From NCBI GenBank assembly GCA_040389905.1, contig JAZJZK010000012.1, positions 1 through 62,918 of the forward strand: a DNA stretch of 62,918 nucleotides, given 5' to 3'. This document shows positions 8,990 to 18,656 of this stretch, piece by piece. Every line of letters begins with the position of its first letter. Within the stretch, counting starts at the first letter, position 1. Under the pieces are notes generated by a model that was given only the letters and a program-made list of their open reading frames with translations, searched no databases and was not told where the DNA came from. The translations under genes were made by a program, and so were the position numbers. The stretch is from Gemmatimonadota bacterium. GTDB taxonomy: Bacteria; Gemmatimonadota; Gemmatimonadetes; Gemmatimonadales; Gemmatimonadaceae.

Positions 8990-10786
8990 GTGATCATCCT
9001 CGGCATTTCGATGAATGTCGGCGCAAGTGCCGCCCTCATGATCGACGGAAAGATCGTCGCCGCGACGATGGAAGAGCGATTCAACCGCCGGAAGAACTTC
9101 GACGGATACCCGGCTCGCGCCGTGGAATACTGTCTTGCCGTCTCCGGCGTTCGTCCCGCCGATGTGGATGTCGTCGCCTGGCCCGATGTGGACTCAGCGG
9201 ATCCCGATTATTTCCTCACACACCGCTATAGCGAGTTCTCGGTTTCCGATTTCATTCGTGAGCAGGAGGCGTACTGGTATCCGCGCTTCTACCGCGACGA
9301 GACTCCGGACTTTCTCCAGCTATTCCCGGACAGGATCGATGTCGATCAATTCCCCGGGCGCGACCATCTCGCGCGCATCGCCGCCCTTCCGGATGCGGCC
9401 GCCCGCTATCAGGCGCTGGACGCCTTGCGCGATGCCTTCATCGAGATGCACGTCGGCATCCCGTCCGACAAGGTCGTTCGACTCAATCACCATCGGTGTC
9501 ACGCGGCATACGCGGCCTGTGCTCAGGCAACCGGAGACGAGCCGCGCCTGGTGTTCACCGTCGACGGTTCGGGCGACGGCGAGAACGCGACGGTCTCCAG
9601 ATGGGACGGTTCGCGCCTCCATAAGTTGACTGGCACGGACCGCTTCGTCCTCGGTCGCTACTACCGGCACGCAACGCTCATACTCGGCATGCGAATGGCC
9701 GAGCACGAGTTCAAGGTGATGGGATTGGCACCGTATGCGAAACCCTACCATTCCGACGCGCCGTTCCACGTCTACCGCGACGCGCTGTCCATGCGTGACG
9801 GAGAACTCGTCTCACGAGACAAACCCCGCGACAGCTATTTCCACTTCAAGGAGCGGTTGAAGGCGTGTCGATTCGACGGAATCGCCGGCGGGTTGCAGCG
9901 CTTTGCGGAAGAATTGCTCTCCGACTGGATTGGAAGCTGGATGGCCCATACCGGCATCCGGCACGTCGCCGTGTCGGGCGGTGTCTCGATGAACGTCAAG
10001 GCCAACCTGTCGATGCTCGAACGCTGCCAGCCCACGAGCCTCGTCGTACCGGGAAGTGGTACCGATGATTCGCTTGCGATCGGCGCATGCTACCTGAGCG
10101 CGCTCGAACGCAATCAGCCGGTCTTTCCGCTGGAGTCGATGTACCTCGGCGACGACATCGCCACTGCAGACGTCGAACGCGGATTGGCAACGCTCGATCG
10201 CGGTCGATTCGACATCCAGGAGCGCGTCGGACCCGACGCAGTGGCTCAGCAACTCGCGTCAGGCAAGGTCATCGGCCGGTGTGTCGGCCGCATGGAATTT
10301 GGCGCGCGTGCCCTGGGCAATCGTTCCCTCCTGGCTGATCCACGAAACCCTGATGTCGTTCGCGTCATCAACGACAAGATCAAGGGGCGCGACTTCTGGA
10401 TGCCGTTTGCGCCCACCCTGCTGGATCGTGCGGCAGGCGAGTACGTGCAACTGCATGCGGGAACCAACTACTCCGCGATGACGGTTGCCGCCCCCTCTAC
10501 CGCCATGGGGCGCGCGTCGATTCGCGCCGCACTCCATCCGGCGGACGAAACCGCGCGACCGCAGATCCTCCGCCGGGAGGTCAACCCCGGCTACTATGAC
10601 GTGATCGACCGGTTTTCTGCGCTGACCGGCGTGCACGGCCTGCTGAACACGTCGCTCAACCTGCACGGATCCCCAATCGTGCGCACGGTCTCCGACGCCC
10701 TCGAAGTGCTCACGTCCTCCGACATCGATGGCGTCGTGCTCGGTGAATCACTGGTCATGCGGAAGGATCACGCGACGAGCACGTAA
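8990..10786 (+). CDS. O-carbamoyltransferase (NodU/CmcH/TobZ family)
   Basis: Motifs EERFNRRK, HHRCHA, DGSGD, EFKVMGLAPY, GGVSMNVKAN, MEFGARALGNRS, PFAP, LLNTSLN. Confidence 0.92.
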   Translation: MIILGISMNVGASAALMIDGKIVAATMEERFNRRKNFDGYPARAVEYCLAVSGVRPADVDVVAWPDVDSADPDYFLTHRYSEFSVSDFIREQEAYWYPRFYRDETPDFLQLFPDRIDVDQFPGRDHLARIAALPDAAARYQALDALRDAFIEMHVGIPSDKVVRLNHHRCHAAYAACAQATGDEPRLVFTVDGSGDGENATVSRWDGSRLHKLTGTDRFVLGRYYRHATLILGMRMAEHEFKVMGLAPYAKPYHSDAPFHVYRDALSMRDGELVSRDKPRDSYFHFKERLKACRFDGIAGGLQRFAEELLSDWIGSWMAHTGIRHVAVSGGVSMNVKANLSMLERCQPTSLVVPGSGTDDSLAIGACYLSALERNQPVFPLESMYLGDDIATADVERGLATLDRGRFDIQERVGPDAVAQQLASGKVIGRCVGRMEFGARALGNRSLLADPRNPDVVRVINDKIKGRDFWMPFAPTLLDRAAGEYVQLHAGTNYSAMTVAAPSTAMGRASIRAALHPADETARPQILRREVNPGYYDVIDRFSALTGVHGLLNTSLNLHGSPIVRTVSDALEVLTSSDIDGVVLGESLVMRKDHATST

Positions 10787-10802
10787 TCGCATCCGCCGCT
10801 CG

Positions 10803-11795
10803 TTACGCGCTCCCGCGAATTTCGGAGTGGTCGCTCACCGTCAGTTCACCGCGCAGTCCCTCGATCGTCACATCGTCGCCGATGAGTGAGTTGCTCAGCG
10901 TCGAGTGCGTCACACGGCCCTTCTTGCCAATAATCGTGTGGGTCAGGGTCGATCCTTCGATCACGCTTCCCGCTCCGATCGACACGTTTGGCCCAATCAC
11001 CGAATTCGACATCGTAACGTCGTCTTCGATGTACACGGGATCGTGAATGGTGACGCTCTTCTCCACGTTGGCCGGCCGGCGCGCGCCACCCTTCGACAGC
11101 ACGGTCTGATTGGTCTCGAGCAGCGTGTCCAGCTTGCCGGCGTCGTACCATCCCTCGACGTCTACGACCTTGATCTTCGCGCCCTTGTCGATCATGTACT
11201 GGAACGCATCGGTGAGGTAGTACTCACCCTTGTTCTTCGGCTGCGTGAGCACGTGGTCGATGCCCTCGTACAGCAGCTTCCAGTTCTTGATGTAGTAGAG
11301 CCCGATGTTCGCACGCTTCGAAATCGGCGTGCTGGGTTTTTCGATGATCTGCGTCATGTTGCCATCGGCATCGGTGACGACGACGCCGAAGCGCTGGTAG
11401 TCCTCGACTTCCTTGACCCAGATGATGCCATCGGCATCCGTGGTCTTGATGACGGACAGATCCGTCTCGAAGATCGTGTCGACGAAGATGATGAGGACGT
11501 CCTGGTCGACGAACGGCTCCGCGAGCTTGACAGCGCCAGCCGTTCCGTCCTGCACCGTCTGCTCGACGAACACGGCGGGGAGGTCTGAGAACTCCTTCCG
11601 GGTGTACTCCTCGACCTTCTCCTTGAGGTGGCCGGTGACATAGACGACCTGCTCCACGCCGCCGAGCTTCTGAAGGTCTTCGAGGATATACGCCATCACC
11701 GGCTTGCCGGCGATCTTCAGCATCGGTTTGGGAACGAGATGCGTGTGCGGGCGGAGCCGCGTTCCCTTTCCTGCCAGCGGAATGATCACTTTCAT
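10803..11795 (-). CDS. Sugar-phosphate nucleotidyltransferase with left-handed beta-helix C-terminus
   Basis: Motifs LAGKGTRLRPHT, PKPM, EKP, GEYYLTDA, WYDAG, followed by hexapeptide repeats. Confidence 0.92.
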   Translation of the reverse strand: MKVIIPLAGKGTRLRPHTHLVPKPMLKIAGKPVMAYILEDLQKLGGVEQVVYVTGHLKEKVEEYTRKEFSDLPAVFVEQTVQDGTAGAVKLAEPFVDQDVLIIFVDTIFETDLSVIKTTDADGIIWVKEVEDYQRFGVVVTDADGNMTQIIEKPSTPISKRANIGLYYIKNWKLLYEGIDHVLTQPKNKGEYYLTDAFQYMIDKGAKIKVVDVEGWYDAGKLDTLLETNQTVLSKGGARRPANVEKSVTIHDPVYIEDDVTMSNSVIGPNVSIGAGSVIEGSTLTHTIIGKKGRVTHSTLSNSLIGDDVTIEGLRGELTVSDHSEIRGSA

Positions 11796-12169
11796 GGTGC
11801 GCTCGTCCCCTCGCGTCCGTAAGAGTCCTGAAGGCGCACGACGTCATCCAGATGCGGCGTGCTCGCTTCGAGCACATCACAGTCCGTGACCGCCTCCATG
11901 TAGTGAATGGTGTTCGGCGTGACCCGGAAGGCCTCGCCCGCTTTCAGGTGCATGTCTTCGGGCCGGTCGTGACCCTCGAGCTGAACGCAATATTTGATCT
12001 CGCCCGACAGCAGGTAGACCGTCTCGTCCTTTTGCACGTGATACTGCACTGAGAGTTTGTGACCCGCGTTGATGTGCAGGATCTTGCCGACGTAGAGCTC
12101 GTTCGCGGCCCAGATCGTTTCGTGGCCCCAGGGCTTCTTCACCGTGCGAACGTCCGTTCGACCGCTCAT
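11792..12169 (-). CDS. Cupin-domain protein (mannose-6-phosphate isomerase C-terminal-like)
   Basis: Motifs KPWGHE, LSVQYH, KDET, EASTPHLDDVVRL. 4-nt overlap with the nucleotidyltransferase. Start trimmed to ATG 12169 because the longer ORF runs through a repeat. Confidence 0.85.
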   Translation of the reverse strand: MSGRTDVRTVKKPWGHETIWAANELYVGKILHINAGHKLSVQYHVQKDETVYLLSGEIKYCVQLEGHDRPEDMHLKAGEAFRVTPNTIHYMEAVTDCDVLEASTPHLDDVVRLQDSYGREGTSAP

Positions 12170-12261
12170 GCGTATCGCGTCTCGATTCGTCGCGACGACA
12201 TTGCCGCGAGCCACAATATCGTGCGCGAATCCGGGCCAGACTAGTGGAGCGTTCGAAGCGC

Positions 12262-12350
12262 CGTCACCCCGAGCGAGCGAAGCGAGTCGAGCGGGTCTGC
12301 ACGTTCCGCTGTTGAAGGGTGCAGACCCCTCGACTTCGCTCGGGATGACA
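12262..12350. repeat. REP/REPIN-like palindromic element, copy 1 (CGTCA/TGTCA-tagged)
   Basis: Reverse complement reads TGTCATCCCGAGCGAAGTCGAGGGGTCTGCAC-loop-GTGCAGACCCGCTCGACTCGCTTCGCTCGCTCGGGGTGACG. Arms are near-identical to 53159-53249. Confidence 0.85.
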
Positions 12351-12452
12351 TTGTGCGGCGTCTTTTTCCGCTCGTTTTGTGGCCCTGGGCCCTTCGTCGC
12401 TTGCGCTCCTCGAGGGCAGGCTCCGCGAAGGGCCTGCACGTTTCCCCAAAGA

Positions 12453-13187
12453 CTAGACGCCCAGTATGCGCAGCTCTTTCGCCCGCTCGCGGCTGACCGG
12501 TAGCATGACGCCATTCTCCAGCTGAGCGACGAACTTCCCCCCGCGCCGCCGGAACGCCGCCACGCGATTCAGGTTCACGATGTGCGTTCGGTGAATCCGG
12601 ACGAACTTGAGCGGGTCGAGGCGCGCCTCCAATCGGTTGAGGGCGAGGTGGAGCAGGTACTTATGCCGATCGGTGTGTGCCTCCACGTAGTCTCCCGATG
12701 ATTCGAACCAGACAATGTCTGAGACCGCAACAGGAATGATCCCGCCTCCCGATCGCACGAAGAGCCTGCTGATCGGCCCTTTTGCGAGCGCCTCCGTCAT
12801 GCGGCCCAGCGCGGGGACGGGAACGGGTTCTCCGATCGCCGACCGCACCCGCTCGAGGCAGCGGCCAAGCCGTTCGGCGCCGAATGGCTTCAGCAGGTAG
12901 TCGAGGGCGCCGAGTTCGAAACCAGCGACGGCGTGCTGGCCAAATGCCGTCGTAAAAACGACAATCGGCTGATGCGATATGCGCGCGACCACGTCGGTCC
13001 CGAGCAGCCCGGGCATCTGGATGTCCAGGAACACGAGCTCCGGCCGCAAGGAATTGATGGCGTCGACCGCGGCGATGCCATTGGAAGCTTCTCCCACGAC
13101 CGTCACCCACTCGACGTCCGCAAGCATGTCGCGGAGGCCAGCTCGCGCGACTGGCTCGTCGTCTACAACCAGCGCGGTCACCTTCAC
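12453..13187 (-). CDS. LytR/AlgR-family response regulator (REC + LytTR)
   Basis: Motifs VVDDE, FLDIQMP, DYLLKP, FVRIHRTHIVN, VSRER. GTG start overlaps the kinase TGA. Confidence 0.92.
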   Translation of the reverse strand: MKVTALVVDDEPVARAGLRDMLADVEWVTVVGEASNGIAAVDAINSLRPELVFLDIQMPGLLGTDVVARISHQPIVVFTTAFGQHAVAGFELGALDYLLKPFGAERLGRCLERVRSAIGEPVPVPALGRMTEALAKGPISRLFVRSGGGIIPVAVSDIVWFESSGDYVEAHTDRHKYLLHLALNRLEARLDPLKFVRIHRTHIVNLNRVAAFRRRGGKFVAQLENGVMLPVSRERAKELRILGV

Positions 13188-14209
13188 GATCCGTTGCCAG
13201 CGTATGGGACTGTCAGCGTCGCACAGAATCCGCTTTGCGCCTCCGTCACGATGACGAGACGTCCGTCGCGCCCATAGAGCACGACCAATCGCTCGCGGAG
13301 ACGCGCCAATCCTGTGCCGTCGCTCTGCGCAAGCGTGTCGGCACTCGCGCCACCGCCCGTGTCCTGCACCGTGAACGTTGCCTTGCCGTCGCCCGTCGTT
13401 CCGACGATGATGATCTCTGTGGCTTCGATACGCGGTGCCGCTCCATGACGCACGGCGTTCTCCACGAGCGTCTGAAGAGCAAAAAGAGGAATTTCGGCAG
13501 CAAGGGCTTCTCCCGACACATTGACGCGCACCCGAAGACGGTCGCCAAAGCGAACCCGTTCGAGGTCGAGGTACCGGTCGACGAATGAGAGCTCGTCCGC
13601 TGCCGGCACCAAATCGCGATCCTCCTCGATCGTCACACGAAGCAGCGCCGCAAGCTGCTCGGCGGCGTCCGCCGCTCGCTTTGGCTCGCGCGGAATGAGA
13701 TGCACCACGGAGTGCAATGCGTTGAAAAGAAAGTGCGGATGCAACTGTGACCGGAGCGCCGCGAGCTGCGCCTTGGCGGCATTCGCTTCCGCATGCGCCG
13801 CGCGCTCCGTGGCGCGCGTCGCGTACGACACACCCGCGATCATCACGTATACCCACACGCCGAGCAGGAGGAAGGCGGTGAAGCTTGGGCCTGTGTTGAT
13901 GACGACTGCTCCGCGCATCGCGCTCTCGAGGAGGCTATTGAACGCCACCAACAGAACGGCGTAGCTGACGGCAACGATCAGGTGCAGCCACACGAATCTG
14001 GCGCGCACGCGCTTCGGCCAGGGATGTCGCTCGATGATCCGCTGCGCTCCAACGCCAAGCGCTGCCGCCGCAATAATCAGTCGGAGTGCAAGCAAGAGCG
14101 CTTCATGCGTCGACACGTCGGAATGCGCCGCCAGGATGAGAACCGTGAACAGGGCCCACACCGGTAGCCACCCAATCAGCAGCTGGAGCCAGACGACGCG
14201 TCGCGACAT
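13184..14209 (-). CDS. LytS-type sensor histidine kinase
   Basis: Four TM segments; LRSQLHPHFLFNALH, LQTLVENAVRHG, DTGGG, GTGL. Confidence 0.92.
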   Translation of the reverse strand: MSRRVVWLQLLIGWLPVWALFTVLILAAHSDVSTHEALLLALRLIIAAAALGVGAQRIIERHPWPKRVRARFVWLHLIVAVSYAVLLVAFNSLLESAMRGAVVINTGPSFTAFLLLGVWVYVMIAGVSYATRATERAAHAEANAAKAQLAALRSQLHPHFLFNALHSVVHLIPREPKRAADAAEQLAALLRVTIEEDRDLVPAADELSFVDRYLDLERVRFGDRLRVRVNVSGEALAAEIPLFALQTLVENAVRHGAAPRIEATEIIIVGTTGDGKATFTVQDTGGGASADTLAQSDGTGLARLRERLVVLYGRDGRLVIVTEAQSGFCATLTVPYAGNGS

Positions 14210-14221
14210 GACGAAAGCTTA

Positions 14222-14821
14222 CTATCGCGCCACGCTGGCCGCGACGCGCTTCGCATCGATGGTGAGCATGCCCTCCTTCCACGTCTTCCCGTCGTCCATG
14301 GAGCGATCCTGGCGGAATTTGAAAGACGTCGGCGTGATGTCGTAGAAGCGGCTGCGCGAAAGGTACGGCTTCCCCTCGGCGTCCGTCCCGCGGGAGTTCG
14401 TCTGCATCATGTTGTCCTTCCACTCCGCTGTTGATGACGTCACGACGCCGCGGTAGGCGTCGATGCCGGTCGTCATCCAACGCTTCGATTGCGCATCGAA
14501 GTAGCGCGTCGCGTGCGAGAGGCTCTTCGGGTTACCACTTTCATCCGTGATGCGCAGCTCATCTTCGTAGCCGAAGCCGTCCATGATGCGCCATCCTTTC
14601 CAGGTACCGACCATCTTCGGCACACCGTGAATCCTGGCGGCGAGCGTCGTTGCCGCCGGCTTCACGACCAGTTCGAATTGCCCCACCAGAAATGCGAATT
14701 GCCTGGCGTCAGCCGGCGCGGTTGTCGTCATCGATTCGGCGCCGCCGCCATGTTGCGCCGTTGCTGACCGCGCCGAACAAACGAGTGCGAGCGCGAGCAT
14801 TCGCGCGAAACGAGCCGTCAT
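14222..14821 (-). CDS. Secreted DUF1579-like beta-barrel protein
   Basis: Signal peptide; RQFAFLVGQF and SRSRFYDITPTSFKFRQDRSMDDGKTW patterns. RBS-like GGAGGA upstream of ATG 14821. Confidence 0.65.
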   Translation of the reverse strand: MTARFARMLALALVCSARSATAQHGGGAESMTTTAPADARQFAFLVGQFELVVKPAATTLAARIHGVPKMVGTWKGWRIMDGFGYEDELRITDESGNPKSLSHATRYFDAQSKRWMTTGIDAYRGVVTSSTAEWKDNMMQTNSRGTDAEGKPYLSRSRFYDITPTSFKFRQDRSMDDGKTWKEGMLTIDAKRVAASVAR

Positions 14822-15039
14822 CGATCTGTCCTCCGTAGGGGGAAGTGGTTCTGTTGCAGTTCCGATCGTTTTGTCGCCCTGAACGAAGTGAAGGGCCTGC
14901 ACTCATGCAGTCGAATGCGCATGCATTTTACGTCAGAGGCCTCGTGATTTCGCCGCACTTTCGCCCAACGGTTCGATGGATACGCCGAACGGTTCGCACC
15001 CCCATCGCGCTCGCTGCCGTTGTCGAGGTAACGTGCGAT

Positions 15040-15738
15040 ATGTCGAAACCACTCATCGTTCTTCGCGACGTTGCGCGCACTTTTCCCGGTGCCCAGGGCC
15101 CCTTCGCCGCACTCGCCGGCGTTTCGCTCACCATCGACAAGGGAGACTTTGTCGTGGTCGTCGGCCAGTCCGGGAGCGGAAAATCCACGCTGCTCGCGAT
15201 GCTCGCGGGGATCGACCGTCCCACGGAGGGCGGAGTGTTCGTCGGCGACGTCGCCGTGCACACGCTCACGGAGCGACAGATGACCGCATGGCGAGGCCGC
15301 ACCGTCGGGATCGTATTTCAGTTCTTTCAGTTGCTACCAACGTTGACGGCCGTTGAGAACGTCATGTTGCCGATGGACTTTACGGCCCGCTGGCCCGTAC
15401 GAGAGCGACGCGCGCGGGCGCTGTCGCTCATGGACAGACTCGGTGTCGCGGATCAGGCGGACAAGCTGCCGTCAACCCTGTCCGGCGGACAGCAGCAGCG
15501 TGTCGCCGTGGCGAGGGCGCTGGCGAACGAACCGCAGCTGCTCCTTGCCGACGAGCCCACCGGCAACCTCGATTCACGCACGGCGGACTCGATGCTCGAG
15601 CTGCTCGCCGGCCTTGCACGCGACGGCCAGACCGTCGTCATGGTGACACACGAGCACAGTGCTCGGCGCTTTGCGTCGCGCGTCGTGACGCTCGCCGATG
15701 GACGGCAGGTCGCAGACGAGGCGTTCGCGCATGCTTAG
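15040..15738 (+). CDS. ABC transporter ATP-binding protein (LolD/MacB-like)
   Basis: Walker A GQSGSGKST, signature LSGGQQQR, Walker B LLLADEPT, VTHE. Confidence 0.93.
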   Translation: MSKPLIVLRDVARTFPGAQGPFAALAGVSLTIDKGDFVVVVGQSGSGKSTLLAMLAGIDRPTEGGVFVGDVAVHTLTERQMTAWRGRTVGIVFQFFQLLPTLTAVENVMLPMDFTARWPVRERRARALSLMDRLGVADQADKLPSTLSGGQQQRVAVARALANEPQLLLADEPTGNLDSRTADSMLELLAGLARDGQTVVMVTHEHSARRFASRVVTLADGRQVADEAFAHA

Positions 15739-18097
15739 CCCTCGGTGGCGGAAGGTGCTGCGCGACCTCTGGCTGCACAAATCGCGAACCGGCCTCGCTG
15801 TCGCCGCAATCTGCATCGGGATCATCGGCGCCGGTTCCGTGCTGAACGCCTGGTCCCTCCTTCGCCGTGCGACGCGCATGGAGTTCGACGCCAGCCACCC
15901 TGCGTCCGCGGTGCTGCGGACAGACTCGATCGACGCTGCACTTCTTGCCCGCGTGCGCGCATTGCCCGCGATTGCGAGCGCTCAGGCGCGGCGTAGCGTC
16001 ACCGCGAGCGTTCGCACGCCGAATGGTGCTCACACCGCCCACCTCATTGCGGCCGACGACTTCACCTCGAACGAGATTGGCATTGTCAAACCAGCCGCCG
16101 GAGCGTGGCCCCCGAGCGGCTCGGCCGTTGTTGTCGAGCACTCCTCGCTCGATTTCGCCGGCGTCGCGCTCGGTGACTCGATTACCCTAGCGGTTGGAGA
16201 CGGACCGCCACGCGCCGTGGGCGTCGCGGGGATCGCACGCGACGTTGGGCTCGCGCCCGGCTGGATGGAGCATGTCGTCTATATCTTCGTCGCGCCCGCC
16301 CTGCTCGATCAATTGGGCGCCGGCTCGCGCATGAACGATCTGGAAATCCTCGTGCGCGATCACGATGCCGATCGCGCGGCAATCCTGCGTATTGCGCGCG
16401 ACGTCCAGCACGTCGTCGAACAGACCGGCCGAACGGTGCATGACACTCGCGTCCCCATTCCCGGCCGCCACATCCACGCCGGCCAGATCGATTCGCTCCT
16501 CTACACGCAGGGCGCATTCGCCTTGCTCGCGCTGCTGCTCAGCGGCGTGCTCGTCGTCAACCTCATTTCGGCGCTTCTCACCGGGCAGGTGCGGGAAATC
16601 GGCGTCATGAAAGCCATCGGTGCGCGCGCCGACCAGATTGCCTCCATGTACCTGGGACTCGCGCTCGCACTCGGCCTCATTGCGAGCGTGATCTCGATTC
16701 CACTCGCGGCAGTGCTCGGCCGCATGTATGCGACTTTCACGGCGGAAATTCTCAACTTCGACGTGTCGGGCTTCACGATTCCCACATGGTCGTTCGCGCT
16801 ACAAGTGGCCGTTGGCGTGTTGCTGCCTGTAGTCGCTGCAGCGTTTCCCGTTGCTCGCGGGTGCAGAATCTCCGTCAGCGAAGCATTGAGAGATTTCGGA
16901 ATCACCGGACAGGGCGATACGCGGCCGGGCATGCTGCTCCGCCGAGTGAGCGGACTTTCGCGCCCGGTTCTTCTGTCGCTGCGTAATGCGTTCCGGCGGC
17001 GACAGCGCCTCGTTCTCACGCTCGCGACGTTGTCGCTGGGTGGCGCGGTCTACCTGGGTGCCCTCAACCTTCGCGAGTCCGTGATTGGTGGTGTCGACCT
17101 GCTCTTTTCAGGGCAGCACTACGACATGACGTTTCGTTTCACCGAACCGCACCGCTCCGACAGCGTGATGTCCGTCGTTTCTGCCGTCTCCGGAGTGGGC
17201 GCCGCCGAGGGTTGGAGTGGTGCGAGCGCTGCGCTGAGTGCTGATGGATCACCTGGCCCCTCGTTTTCGGTCGTTGGGTTGCCAGTTCCGACACGCATGC
17301 TCACGGTCGCAATAGAGTCCGGCCGGTGGATGACGCCAGGGGCGCTGAACGAGATCGTCGTCAATCGTACCCTGCTTGCGAATGAGCCCACCATGGGGCT
17401 CGGTCAGAAGGTGAGCCTCGTGATCGCCGGTAAAACGGCGATGTGGACGGTCGTCGGAATTGCGGAGCCGAGTCCGTCCGCGACTGCCTTCGCGGCCCTC
17501 GACGCTGTTACGAAGGCCACCGGCCGGCCAGGCGTAACCAGTGTCGTTATCGCATCCGCCGTTTCCGGGACCGCATCGAAGCTGGAATTGACGAGACGGG
17601 CGCGCGAGGTGCTCGCGAACAACGGTTTCGAGGTCGCCGCGGCAGTGTCGGTAGCGCAACAGCGCGTCGTCATCGAAGACCATTTGCTCATGGTCGCCTC
17701 GTTCCTCGGCAACATGTCGCTGCTGATGCTCGGCGTCGGTGGCCTCGGGCTGGCCTCGACCATGAGTCTCGCCGTCCTCGAGCGAACGCGTGAGATCGGT
17801 GTTTTGCGCGCGATCGGCGCGAGCCATTCCTCCATTCTCGCGATGATCCAGATCGAGGGGCTGGTGATCGCGCTCCTCAGTTGGATCATCGCGATCCCGC
17901 TATCGCTGCCGATGAGCGTCGCCCTCACTATCGCGTTCGGCAAGGTAATGCTCAAGCTGCCGGTGCATCTGCTCCCAAATGGCGCGGGCGTCGCCCAATG
18001 GCTCGCTGTGGTGGTGGTGCTGTCGCTGGTTGCTTGTGCGTGGCCTGCCATCAGGGCGACGCGCGTCACTACTGCGGCGGCGCTGGCTTTCGAGTAG
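15731..18097 (+). CDS. ABC transporter permease with two FtsX-like repeats
   Basis: Two repeats with REIGVMKAIGA and REIGVLRAIGA; TM clusters; overlaps the ATPase stop. Confidence 0.9.
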   Translation: MLSPRWRKVLRDLWLHKSRTGLAVAAICIGIIGAGSVLNAWSLLRRATRMEFDASHPASAVLRTDSIDAALLARVRALPAIASAQARRSVTASVRTPNGAHTAHLIAADDFTSNEIGIVKPAAGAWPPSGSAVVVEHSSLDFAGVALGDSITLAVGDGPPRAVGVAGIARDVGLAPGWMEHVVYIFVAPALLDQLGAGSRMNDLEILVRDHDADRAAILRIARDVQHVVEQTGRTVHDTRVPIPGRHIHAGQIDSLLYTQGAFALLALLLSGVLVVNLISALLTGQVREIGVMKAIGARADQIASMYLGLALALGLIASVISIPLAAVLGRMYATFTAEILNFDVSGFTIPTWSFALQVAVGVLLPVVAAAFPVARGCRISVSEALRDFGITGQGDTRPGMLLRRVSGLSRPVLLSLRNAFRRRQRLVLTLATLSLGGAVYLGALNLRESVIGGVDLLFSGQHYDMTFRFTEPHRSDSVMSVVSAVSGVGAAEGWSGASAALSADGSPGPSFSVVGLPVPTRMLTVAIESGRWMTPGALNEIVVNRTLLANEPTMGLGQKVSLVIAGKTAMWTVVGIAEPSPSATAFAALDAVTKATGRPGVTSVVIASAVSGTASKLELTRRAREVLANNGFEVAAAVSVAQQRVVIEDHLLMVASFLGNMSLLMLGVGGLGLASTMSLAVLERTREIGVLRAIGASHSSILAMIQIEGLVIALLSWIIAIPLSLPMSVALTIAFGKVMLKLPVHLLPNGAGVAQWLAVVVVLSLVACAWPAIRATRVTTAAALAFE

Positions 18098-18124
18098 CTT
18101 TGCGCTCCCCTACTGGAGACGCCA

Positions 18125-18484
18125 ATGAACTCATCGACGTCGAGCGCCGCTATGCGAGGCGCGACCATCGTCGGAACGGTCCTTCAACTACTGATGGTCT
18201 TCTCGGGGCATTGGATCGAGTTCATCAAGAACAATGTCTTCGCCGTTGGCGGCATGACGATTTCGTTGCTCGCCGGTGTGCTCTACGCGCGTCGCGCGCG
18301 CGACCCACGCAACAGGTCAGCAACGAACGGTTTACTCGTCGGCGGGCTCTGCGCGCTGATCGGTATCTCCGTCAGCTACGCGCTCCAGGACGTCGAAATG
18401 AACATCCTCGGTTTCGGCACGATGAGCTCAGCAATCGCCGGTGGGATCGGTGCGTGGTTGGCGGGCGGCGAACGAAAGGTGTGA
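18125..18484 (+). CDS. Small membrane protein, unknown function
   Basis: Four Gly-rich hydrophobic segments; GGAG RBS; co-oriented with the ABC genes. Confidence 0.7.
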   Translation: MNSSTSSAAMRGATIVGTVLQLLMVFSGHWIEFIKNNVFAVGGMTISLLAGVLYARRARDPRNRSATNGLLVGGLCALIGISVSYALQDVEMNILGFGTMSSAIAGGIGAWLAGGERKV

Positions 18485-18513
18485 TCGCGCTCCTCGCTTA
18501 CCGTTGTAAGAGC

Positions 18514-18613
18514 CAATGAAGCAGATTTTACGTATTTTTCGGATGAACCAGATTGCAAACATTGCAGTGCTTTATCCGGTTCATCCGTTCAATCCGTCAA
18601 ATCTGCTTCATTG
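18514..18613. repeat. 100-nt palindromic element, CAGATT/CGGAT type, copy 1
   Basis: 18514-18528 pairs with 18599-18613 (15/15); 18540-18549 pairs with 18578-18587 (10/10). Confidence 0.85.
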
Positions 18614-18656
18614 TTCGTTGCAGTTCCGCTGTTAAACAGCGTGGCCGGCGCGACGC

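Noticed and set aside
12170..12514. N-terminal extension of the cupin ORF
   Set aside because: Runs through the REP element and into the LytTR gene; ATG 12169 is the more plausible start.
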